Of a stretch of DNA of 64,000 nt, positions 56,505-64,000 are shown one piece after another. The stretch's first letter is position 1, and each line of letters starts with the position of its first letter. The notes under the pieces are model-generated. The model ran no database searches and was not told where the DNA came from. It saw only the letters and a list, made by a program, of their open reading frames with translations. The stretch is taken from contig JBBSFD010000003.1 of assembly GCA_038239115.1 (NCBI GenBank), positions 24,402 to 88,401 of the forward strand, written 5' to 3'. The stretch comes from Candidatus Limnocylindrales bacterium (GTDB taxonomy: Bacteria; Chloroflexota; Limnocylindria; Limnocylindrales; CSP1-4). The position numbers and the translations under genes are program-made.

Positions 56505-56872
56505 CGTTCGCCTCCGTGGCCTGCTGGTGTTTGGGCGGTCCAAGTCACCGGGTTGGTGACGGAGTCAGGCTAGGCAAGCTCGATTGCGGCGAGCCCTTCG
56601 CCGCACGTCGCCAATATTTCAGTCTCGTCGCATTTCAGGAACCCGCTCCTCGACTCAGTGCCCGCTGGCGGCCGCCGGCAGGATCGGCATGGATTCGCAA
56701 GGTCGAGCGCAACCGGCCGGGACCTCCCGCAACGCCCGCCCGGCCATGCTCGGATCTCACCCCACCTGGCGACTGCCGGCGGCGCGTCCCCGGCAGATAT
56801 TGCGGGCAACTGTTTCCGAGCAGACTTTTGGAGAACCTTCCCTTGAGCTCATTTCGAGACGCCGTGCCCGTC

Positions 56873-58207
56873 ATGGTCGGCCCGTCGAATCGCTCACTGC
56901 GGGCAGCATTCGTAGGCACCTACCCACCGCGTCAATGCGGAATCGCGACCTTCACCCAGGACCTGGCGAGCGCCGTCGAGGCCACCCGGCCGGAGTTCGC
57001 CCGAAAGCAGGAGTCCGTACGAAGCCCGGAGCTGGCCCGGGGAACCTCCTGGACCACGAGCGCCGGTCCGCGGCATGCAGCAGGGGCCCGGCCGGGCGTG
57101 GTCGACATCGTGGCCGTCGACTATGAGCCACGGGATTTCCCGGCCGAGGTCCAGTTCCGGCTCGATCCCGATCGCCCGGGTGACTACCTGGCTGCCGCCG
57201 ATCGGGTCAACCGGGCGGCCTATGACGTCATCTCGATCCAGCACGAGTTCGGGATCTACGGGGGGCGCGATGGTGAGCGCATCGTCGACCTCCTCGACGA
57301 GCTCGAGATTCCGGCCGTGACCACGCTCCATACCGTGCTCGCCCACCCGTCCGATCACCAGCGCTCGGTGATCGGCCGGATTGCCGCCGCCTCGAGCCGC
57401 CTGGTCGTGCTCTCGAACGCCGCCGCCGGTCTCCTGACCGAGGTCTACGGCATCGACCGGGGACAGATCCGGGTGATCCCACATGGCGTGCCTGACCTCC
57501 CCTTCGTCGATCCGGAGACGGTCAAGGCCCTGGTCGGCCTGAGTGGCCGGCCGACGGTCCTGAGCTTTGGCCTGCTCGGCCCGGGCAAGGGCTACGAGCT
57601 GGCAATCCGGGCGATGAGCGAGGTCGTCCGGCAGGCACCCGACACCTGCTACGTAATCCTGGGAGCGACCCACCCCGAGCTGCGCCGGCACGAGGGCGAG
57701 GCGTATCGGCTGGGACTGCAGCAGCTCGTGCGGGAGCGGCAGCTCGAGGGTCATGTCCGATTCATCGACGCCTACGTCGACCTGGCCATGCTTGGCCGTT
57801 GGCTCCAGGCGGCGGACATTTTCGTGACCCCCTACCCGGGGGCCGAGCAGGCCGTCTCGGGCACCCTGGCCTACGCCCTGGGCAGCGGCAAGGCGATCGT
57901 CTCGACCCCGTATGCCTACGCGCGCGAGCTGCTGGCCGATGGCCGGGGCCGGCTGGTCCCGTTCGGGGACAGCGCGGCCCTTGGCCGTGAGATCGCCGAC
58001 CTCCTGACTGACGGGCCGGCCCGCGACGAGGCCCGGCGGCGGGCCTACGCTTACGGGCGGCGGATGACCTGGCCGCGGGTCGGGCAGGCCTACCGGGCCC
58101 TCTTCCACGAGGTCCAGGTCGAGTTCGCCGGCGTCGCCCCGGCGTCGCTGGGCCACCCCTCCGAGGTCACCGGGGTCGCCGACCACGAGACCCGCTCGGT
58201 TGGCTGA
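56873..58207 (+). CDS. GT4-family glycosyltransferase
   Basis: ATG 56873 (MVGPSNRSLRAAFVGTYPPRQCGIATF). The GT-B C-terminal domain includes the PGAEQAVSGTLAYALGSGKAIVSTP region of the E-x7-E motif. TTG 56843 (possible GGAGA RBS) is an alternative start. Confidence 0.85.
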   Translation: MVGPSNRSLRAAFVGTYPPRQCGIATFTQDLASAVEATRPEFARKQESVRSPELARGTSWTTSAGPRHAAGARPGVVDIVAVDYEPRDFPAEVQFRLDPDRPGDYLAAADRVNRAAYDVISIQHEFGIYGGRDGERIVDLLDELEIPAVTTLHTVLAHPSDHQRSVIGRIAAASSRLVVLSNAAAGLLTEVYGIDRGQIRVIPHGVPDLPFVDPETVKALVGLSGRPTVLSFGLLGPGKGYELAIRAMSEVVRQAPDTCYVILGATHPELRRHEGEAYRLGLQQLVRERQLEGHVRFIDAYVDLAMLGRWLQAADIFVTPYPGAEQAVSGTLAYALGSGKAIVSTPYAYARELLADGRGRLVPFGDSAALGREIADLLTDGPARDEARRRAYAYGRRMTWPRVGQAYRALFHEVQVEFAGVAPASLGHPSEVTGVADHETRSVG

Positions 58208-59384
58208 GCCGAGCGTCGTGCCAAGTGTCGCGCCAGGGGTGCTGCCAAGCCTGGTGCGCTGGCCGTCGGCCACGCTGGCGAGCTGGCTCGACCGGCCCGA
58301 GCCGCCGGTAACGGCCCTGCCGGGCGTCGTCCGGATCCACCTCGACGAGCTCACCGGCCGGCTCGGGATCTACCAGCACGCTCGCGGCCGCGAGCCCGAT
58401 CCCGCCCATGGCTACTGCACCGACGACGTGGCCCGGGCCGCGATCGTGGACGTGCTCCACGGCCGCCAGCTCGGCTTCGAGGCGGTCGAGGAGTCGCTCC
58501 AGGTCAGCCTGGCCTTCATGGCCGCGGCCCTCGTGGCGCGCACCGGCCGGTTGCGCAACTTCCGGGATGACGCGGGCCGCTGGCTGGAGCCAATTGGCTC
58601 ACCCGATTCCCACGCCCGCGGAGTCCAGGCGCTGGGCGTGATCTCAGGCGAGGCGCTGCCAGGCGTAATCCGGGGACGAGCTGCCCACCTTCTTGACCTG
58701 GTCCTGCCCGCCACGGTCGACCTCGACGGCCTCCGACCGTGGGCCCACGTCGTGCTCGGTTGCGTCGCGGCGGTGCGGGGTGGGCAGCCGCCCGCGTCCG
58801 CCACGCTCATCCTGGAGGAACTGGCTGGCCGGATCATGGCCGCCTTCCGCGCCACGGACGACGAGTGGCCCTGGCCCGAGCCGGTGGCCACGTACGAGAA
58901 CGCCCTGCTGCCGCAAGCCCTGGTCGAGGCGGGTGGCTGGCTGGGCGACCGGGCCATGGTCGAACAGGGCCTCACCAGCCTCGACTGGCTGCTGGCCGGC
59001 CAGCTGGCGCCGATGGGCTACTTCGAGCTCGTCGGCAATACAGGCTGGTGGCCTCGGGGTGACGTGCCCGCCCGGTTCGACCAGCAGCCGATCGATGCGG
59101 CGGCGCTCGTCGATGCCCTGGCGGCCGCCTGGCGGGTCAGCGGCGAGCGGGCCTGGCTGATCGAGCTGGATCGGGCTTACGCCTGGTTCAGTGGCTGGAA
59201 TTCGGTGGGGATCCCGGTCGCCGAGCCGGATCGAGGTGGCTGTGGCGACGGCCTGTCGGCGGTTGGCGTCAATGCCAACCAGGGCGCCGAGTCGACCCTC
59301 GCCTGGCTGGCCGCGACCGAGGCGGTCCGCCTGGTCCGGGCGCCGTTCAGTCCCCGTCGTCCCCCGGCTCAAGAGGCAGAGTGA
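58200..59384 (+). CDS. Hypothetical protein, possibly glycoside-hydrolase-like (alpha-helical repeat fold)
   Basis: TTG start overlapping the GT4 stop. Conserved-looking IYQHARG...HGYCTDDVARA segment. 394 aa. Function not assignable from sequence alone. Confidence 0.55.
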   Translation: MAEPSVVPSVAPGVLPSLVRWPSATLASWLDRPEPPVTALPGVVRIHLDELTGRLGIYQHARGREPDPAHGYCTDDVARAAIVDVLHGRQLGFEAVEESLQVSLAFMAAALVARTGRLRNFRDDAGRWLEPIGSPDSHARGVQALGVISGEALPGVIRGRAAHLLDLVLPATVDLDGLRPWAHVVLGCVAAVRGGQPPASATLILEELAGRIMAAFRATDDEWPWPEPVATYENALLPQALVEAGGWLGDRAMVEQGLTSLDWLLAGQLAPMGYFELVGNTGWWPRGDVPARFDQQPIDAAALVDALAAAWRVSGERAWLIELDRAYAWFSGWNSVGIPVAEPDRGGCGDGLSAVGVNANQGAESTLAWLAATEAVRLVRAPFSPRRPPAQEAE

Positions 59385-60843
59385 AGCCGAACTCTGCGCC
59401 GCCGGCGGCGCGCAGGCGACACCAGATCCGGCCGCCCATGAGCTGGACCAGCTGGCGGCTGACGAACAGCCCAATCCCGGCTCCGCTGACCCGGGCGGCC
59501 GTCTCCCTCGATCGATAGAACAGCTCGAAGACCCGCTCGAGGTCGTCGCCCTGGATGCCCGGCCCGGCGTCGAGCACCCGGATCTCGACCACATCGTCAA
59601 TGACGCTGCCGGCAATCCTGATCGGGCCCCGCGGCGGGCCGTACTTGGCGGCATTGCCGACCAGGTTGCGCAGGACCTGTTCCACGTAGGTCAGCTCGCC
59701 CCGAACGGCGGGCAGGTCGGCCGGGATGGCGACCTCCACCGCCAGGTCGGGCTGGCGTCGATTGATGTCCTCGACCACCCGGTCAACGACCCGCTGGATG
59801 AGCACCGGCTCGTCGCTGATCTCGAGGCTGCCCCGTTCCGCCCGGCTGAGGACCAGCAGGTCCTCGATCATCCGGATCATCCGCTCGGCCTCTTCGCGGA
59901 CGTCATAGGCCACCTCTGCAGCCCGCTCGGGCTCGAGCGAGCCCCGTTCGAGCAGCTCCGCACCGCCGATGATCGTGGTCATCGGCGTGCGCAGCTCGTG
60001 CGACAGCACCTCGATGAAGGCATCGCGCATCTGGAGGATCTGGCGTTCCGCCTCGAGCAGCCGATCGCGATCCGCCTCGGCCTGGCGGCGCGTGGTCACG
60101 TCGCGCACGATGCCGACCATCCGGGCCGAGCGTCCCGCGATCCAGCCGGTTGTTCGGCCGCTGCTATTGAGCCAGTGCTGGCTGCCGTCCGGGTCGATCG
60201 CGCGGTACTCGATGTCGTAGGGCTTACCGCTTTCGACGCTGGTCTGGACGGCCGCCGCGACGGCTTCGCGATCGTCCTCATCGACGGCCGCCAGGAGGTC
60301 GATCATGCGCAGGCTCAGGCCGTCCCCCGGGCCGACGTCATGGAGCTCCGCAAAGCGCGGGCTCCAGGTCAGCGCGTCTGCCCGGACATCCCAATCCCAG
60401 ATCCCTGTCTCGGACGCGTCGAGGGTCAGCTGGAGCCGCTCCTCCCGCTCGCGCACGCTCCGGCCGCGCTCCTCCGCCCGCAGCTGGGCGGCCCGCAGCC
60501 GGTCGGTCAGCAGGCTGGCGATGACGCAGGCGAGTGCAAACAGGGACAGCCGGCTGAGCTGGAGCGCGCCGAAGCCGGACTGGTCGACGAAGATGACCGG
60601 CTCGCCCAGGGCGCACACGGCTGTAGCCACGAGGCCGGGCCCGAACCCGCCCAGCCAGCCCACGATGGCGACGGCGATGAAGTCGATGGGGAAGCCGATG
60701 TTGCCGTCGAGGGCACGGTTGATGGCATAGGTCAGCGCGGTGGCAATGATCGGCACAACCACGGCGAGGCCGTAGGCCGTAGCAACGGCCCGGGGCGTGT
60801 CACCTGGCCGCCAGGCAGTTGATACCCTCGTCATCGCCCTCAT
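59347..60843 (-). CDS. Sensor histidine kinase with KdpD-type membrane domain (DUF4118) - PAS - HisKA - HATPase; lacks KdpD N-terminal KdpD/Usp domains
   Basis: DUF4118-like TM block (VVVPIIATALTYAINRALDGNIGFPIDFIAVAIVGWLGGFGPGLVATAV), PAS (ETGIWDWDVRADALTWSPRFAEL), H-box SHELRTPMTTI, N/G boxes (GNAAKYG, DAGPGI, GAGIGL). Confidence 0.85.
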   Translation of the reverse strand: MRAMTRVSTAWRPGDTPRAVATAYGLAVVVPIIATALTYAINRALDGNIGFPIDFIAVAIVGWLGGFGPGLVATAVCALGEPVIFVDQSGFGALQLSRLSLFALACVIASLLTDRLRAAQLRAEERGRSVREREERLQLTLDASETGIWDWDVRADALTWSPRFAELHDVGPGDGLSLRMIDLLAAVDEDDREAVAAAVQTSVESGKPYDIEYRAIDPDGSQHWLNSSGRTTGWIAGRSARMVGIVRDVTTRRQAEADRDRLLEAERQILQMRDAFIEVLSHELRTPMTTIIGGAELLERGSLEPERAAEVAYDVREEAERMIRMIEDLLVLSRAERGSLEISDEPVLIQRVVDRVVEDINRRQPDLAVEVAIPADLPAVRGELTYVEQVLRNLVGNAAKYGPPRGPIRIAGSVIDDVVEIRVLDAGPGIQGDDLERVFELFYRSRETAARVSGAGIGLFVSRQLVQLMGGRIWCRLRAAGGAEFGFTLPLEPGDDGD

Positions 60844-60878
60844 TGGCCGAGCCGCCTGACCCGGTGCTCGGCGCGAGC

Positions 60879-61220
60879 CTAGTTGACCAGCCGCGAAAGT
60901 CGGACACCCCGGCTGAAGGCCGAGCGGAGGGTTACCGCGAACGGGATTACCGACAGGGCCAGGATCAGGCGCGGCGCGCCGGCCAGGAACAGGCCGGCGG
61001 TGACCCCGGCGCTGAAGCCGACGGCCGCGATCACCCCGCGATCGGACAGTCCGTCGAGCTGCTCCTGGGCGGCGTTGAAGGCTGCCTTGGCGTCATCGAC
61101 GCTGGGTAGCTGCTCGGCAACGGCCCGGCCCTGGTCGATCACGGCGTGAAGCGCGCCCGAAGTCGCATCCTGGGCGTCGTCGAGGTCTGAATTGGCAGTG
61201 GTCTTGGTAGTGCTGGCCAT
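60879..61220 (-). CDS. Small membrane protein (113 aa), hypothetical
   Basis: ATG 61220 with RBS AAGGAGG, 4-nt spacer. N-terminal hydrophilic helix and one or two C-terminal TM helices. Confidence 0.55.
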   Translation of the reverse strand: MASTTKTTANSDLDDAQDATSGALHAVIDQGRAVAEQLPSVDDAKAAFNAAQEQLDGLSDRGVIAAVGFSAGVTAGLFLAGAPRLILALSVIPFAVTLRSAFSRGVRLSRLVN

Positions 61221-61243
61221 GTGGCCTCCTTGATGGGTTTGGG

Positions 61244-61864
61244 TCATGCCTTCGAGGCGATCAGGGGCAGGTCGACGACGTGTTCGGCGACGAACCAGAC
61301 CTGGAGCTCGTGGCGGCGCAGGACGTCGCCCATGAGCAGGTCGTTGGTGCCCCAGTCCTTGGACTCTTCGGTCTTGTCGATGGCCGCGCGGACCTTCTCG
61401 ATGATCACCTCGTGGGCATCGAGCAGGCGGTCGATCATCACCGGGACTTCCTCGGCGCCATTGGGCGGCCGGTCGATCGTGGTCAGCTCGGCAGCGTGGC
61501 GCGGGTCGCCCACGGCGATCCCGCCCAGGCTCTGGACCCGTTCGGCGAGCAGGTCGATCAGCTCGACCTGCTCTTCCGCGTGCTTGTCGAACAGCAGATG
61601 AAGCTGGTAGAAGGTGGGTCCGGCGACGAGCCAATGATGCTTCTTGTACATCGCCCCGAGGATCATCGAGTCGGCCAGGATCCCGTTGAGGAGCTGGACG
61701 CTCTCCTCGCGGGCCTGCGCCGACAGGGCAATCGGGAGCAGGCGCAGGGTGCCGTATTTCTGGACCTCAGGGGCCCGGGCTCCGAGCCGGGGCTCAGGCG
61801 ACCGGCGCGCCTGAGCGCCGTTGCCACTTTGGCTGCGACGTTGGCTGGTGGTAACCATGGTCAT
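61244..61864 (-). CDS. dps: Dps-family DNA-binding ferritin-like protein
   Basis: LNGILADSMILGAMYKKHHWLVAGPTFYQLHLLFDKHAEEQ and ...DELAERV with ferroxidase His/Asp/Glu positions are Dps signatures. Confidence 0.85.
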   Translation of the reverse strand: MTMVTTSQRRSQSGNGAQARRSPEPRLGARAPEVQKYGTLRLLPIALSAQAREESVQLLNGILADSMILGAMYKKHHWLVAGPTFYQLHLLFDKHAEEQVELIDLLAERVQSLGGIAVGDPRHAAELTTIDRPPNGAEEVPVMIDRLLDAHEVIIEKVRAAIDKTEESKDWGTNDLLMGDVLRRHELQVWFVAEHVVDLPLIASKA

Positions 61865-61971
61865 CCTCCGGAAGTTGGTGACTCGGACGAAAGGCGGCTC
61901 GGCCTGCCTGGGAGGTAGGCAGATCCGAGCCGCAGAACAGGCGTGCAGGCGCCCTCGCGAGCGCAGACGAA

Positions 61972-62241
61972 TTAGATGTGGTTCGCGCTGACTCGCCGTC
62001 CAGCGACCGCGTGCCAGACCACCAGGACGACGACCGCCCCAAAGATCGCCACGAGGATGCTCGAGATGTTCAGGCCCGTGATGTCGGCCACGCCGAGCAC
62101 TGACCCGGCCAGGAAGCCGCCGACCACGGCGCCGACGATTCCCAGGAGGATGGTCCCGAGGACGCCCTCGCTGCCCCCCGCGATCATGTTAGCCACGAAA
62201 CCGGCGATCGCCCCGAGGACGATCCAGGCGATGATTCCCAT
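61972..62241 (-). CDS. GlsB/YeaQ/YmgE-family (transglycosylase-associated) stress membrane protein
   Basis: MGIIAWIVLGAIAGFVANMIAGGSEGVLGTILLGIVGAVVGGFLA is the characteristic fold. 89 aa from ATG 62241. Confidence 0.7.
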   Translation of the reverse strand: MGIIAWIVLGAIAGFVANMIAGGSEGVLGTILLGIVGAVVGGFLAGSVLGVADITGLNISSILVAIFGAVVVLVVWHAVAGRRVSANHI

Positions 62242-62481
62242 CTGGTCAAAAGCTCCTTGCTTGGATTGACGTGTGATCTGACGGAGCCCCGTCGATGTGG
62301 CCAACGATGCCAGCAGGGACGCTACGGCAGCACGCATGGGCGGACTTCCGCCATTACGTCGGCATCGCAGAACCGCAGCGCCGGGCCAGAGCCTCGGCCG
62401 CTCGAGTACGGGGTCATTGCAAATCCGTTGCAATGGAGCCGGCCATGCCCGGATCGGCCGGTTGGGCCGGTTTGTTTCGAG

Positions 62482-62787
62482 ATGGTCATCCGCATCCTGC
62501 GCACCCGGGTCCAGCCTGCCTCGGTGCCCGAGTTTCGGGTGCGCGCCCTAGCCAAGGTTGCCGATGCCCGAAAGGTGCCCGGGGTGGTCGATGTCCACCT
62601 GGGCAACCAGGCCGATGGCAACGGCTATGAGTTCGTGTTCATCAGCCGCTGGCAGAACATCGACGCCCTGTATACCTGGGCTGGAGGGCGGGACCTGCTG
62701 GCCCGCCCGATCTACTTCGAGGGCCTCGAGGAATCGATCGTCGAGTTCGAGATCCAGCACTACATCGACGTGGAGGCCGCCGACTGA
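62482..62787 (+). CDS. ABM-domain (antibiotic biosynthesis monooxygenase/Dabb-like) small protein
   Basis: MVIRILRTRVQP...GYEFVFISRWQNIDALYTWAGG fits the ferredoxin-like ABM fold. The upstream part of the track ORF is low-complexity. Confidence 0.55.
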   Translation: MVIRILRTRVQPASVPEFRVRALAKVADARKVPGVVDVHLGNQADGNGYEFVFISRWQNIDALYTWAGGRDLLARPIYFEGLEESIVEFEIQHYIDVEAAD

Positions 62788-62826
62788 GGCGGCCGCTACC
62801 TGCCGACGCCGGCCTGCGCCGCCCAC

Positions 62827-63336
62827 CTACGACGTGGAGGCCTGGCCCGATCCACTGGAGTGATAGCGGGCGAGGCGCCGGTACTCGTCCTTGAAGTGCT
62901 GGGTTTCCGCCTCGGCCGCCAGCCATTCGGGGCTGCCCGGCTCGAGCGCCTCGTGCAGCCGCTCGGCCGCCCGCCAGGCCGACAGGATCTTGCCGATGGC
63001 AAAGGCCCGCGGTGGTTCGCCGACGGGCTCGGGACTGTGCTCGAGGAAGACCGCCACGGTCCCGTCCGGCTGGCTGCCGATCAGGTAGCGCAGCCGGAGC
63101 AGCCGCCCATCGGCCAACCGGATCGTGGCCGAGCCGACCAGGGGCGGACGCCCATCGCCTTCCCAGGCCGCCGCGAACTCGGCCGAGGCCGCCGGATCGT
63201 GCTCCATGGACATGGCTCCGGGCGGGAGTGCCACGAGCTGTTCGAAGGTCAGGCCAAGCAGCTCGAGTGCTTCGGGCGATGCCTCGATCACGCGCGAATC
63301 GGAGCCGACAAGGATCCGGGCGTCGCGGCGGACCAT
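62827..63336 (-). CDS. Hypothetical protein (about 170 aa), possible PAS-like fold
   Basis: ORF with reasonable composition. No recognisable motifs. Confidence 0.4.
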   Translation of the reverse strand: MVRRDARILVGSDSRVIEASPEALELLGLTFEQLVALPPGAMSMEHDPAASAEFAAAWEGDGRPPLVGSATIRLADGRLLRLRYLIGSQPDGTVAVFLEHSPEPVGEPPRAFAIGKILSAWRAAERLHEALEPGSPEWLAAEAETQHFKDEYRRLARYHSSGSGQASTS

Positions 63337-63502
63337 GAGCGAGCTCGTCCTTCCGTGGTGCACTTCGCTGCGTGGGCGCGCCGAGACTAGCAGAGCTCAG
63401 TCCGGCAAGCCATCTCAGTTAAACGATGCCGGACCGCATTCCCGGCGGTCCGGCATCCGCCGCCCGTGCTCATTTTCGAGTCGCCGACGTGGCGAGAACG
63501 AC

Positions 63503-63742
63503 TCAGCTCGGTGACGGCGCGCTCGATGCCGGCGCCAGGGATGGCGCTACCGATGGGGCCGCCGACGGGGCGCTCACGCTGGGCGCCGCCGATGGCTCGC
63601 CCGCTGACGGGGTGCTCACGCTGGGCGCCGCCGACGGAACCACCGGCACGGTTGGGACCGGCGTCGTTGAGGTATTGCAGGCCGTGACCCCCAGGGCCAG
63701 GCCCGCGGCCAGCGCGACGCTGGCTGCGATCCTTCGAATCAT
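63503..63742 (-). CDS. Small lipoprotein with Ser/Ala/Pro-rich repeats
   Basis: MIRRIAASVALAAGLALGVTAC lipobox, then repeated SAAPSVS/SAPSAAPSVAP units. Confidence 0.4.
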   Translation of the reverse strand: MIRRIAASVALAAGLALGVTACNTSTTPVPTVPVVPSAAPSVSTPSAGEPSAAPSVSAPSAAPSVAPSLAPASSAPSPS

Positions 63743-64000
63743 GATTCACCTCGAATGGTTGGGCTGGATTGGCTTAGCTGCCCGGTCGCTGCCTCCCTGT
63801 CGTCCCCTCCCGGGCAGGCCCAAGCGTCCGGCCCGGCCCATCAACGTCGGCCGACGGCGCGCTCCGGTCCGCTTGCAAAGTGCTTGCAGAGGAGGCAGAT
63901 TAGTGGCGCCGGCCCGAGTTCCCTGAAAACTGGCCGGGGATCGCACGACAGGAGTTCCGGCCAGGATGACTTCCGCAGCCCGATCAGCGCCCGACGATGA

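Overview
High-GC (~70%) chromosomal segment with strong GC3 codon bias. Gene content is consistent with an actinobacterium-like (possibly Chloroflexota) genome, but the phylum cannot be assigned from sequence alone. It is mostly core and housekeeping genes mixed with regulatory and envelope functions. The main gene groups are: (1) a PASTA-type Ser/Thr kinase (8832-10631) flanked by galU, a convergent zinc-ribbon protein and an Ig-like membrane protein. (2) A folC-folP-folB operon (12746-15469) ending in a 10-bp-stem bidirectional terminator. (3) An mprAB/pepD-like module on the minus strand (15530-19415): response regulator, sensor kinase and HtrA protease. (4) rplY/ctc, a SAM methyltransferase and an ATP-dependent DNA ligase (LigC-type), plus a stand-alone LigD polymerase/primase domain 9 kb away and an AlkZ-like glycosylase; no Ku is in the window. 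(5) A large membrane-sensor GGDEF-EAL protein. (6) Two paralogous six-repeat Asp-box/BNR-like lipoproteins. (7) A YciI gene followed by an ECF sigma factor with a C-terminal TPR-like extension, then ppc. (8) A divergently transcribed GntR regulator and ABC-2 exporter. (9) An ECF sigma/anti-sigma pair preceded by three related palindromes, and a zinc-ribbon-extended HxlR regulator divergent from an S1C protease. (10) An MFS gene coupled to a P-loop kinase, a 1295-aa UvrD-helicase/PD-(D/E)XK nuclease, and a MerR-MFS efflux pair with operator and leaderless start. (11) folE followed by an Rv2671-like RibD_C reductase that has no canonical start codon. (12) A general-stress island: a KdpE-like regulator, CsbD, a GT4 glycosyltransferase, a possible hydrolase, a DUF4118-PAS histidine kinase, Dps, GlsB/YeaQ and an ABM protein. 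No rRNA, tRNA, CRISPR array, transposase or integrase gene was detected. The most unusual features are non-canonical initiation and overlap signals, repeated operator-like palindromes, a frameshifted tfoX-N gene, a MITE-like element with terminal inverted repeats, and a KdpD-derived sensor system with no kdp genes nearby. Many long antisense ORFs in the six-frame track are GC-driven artefacts.
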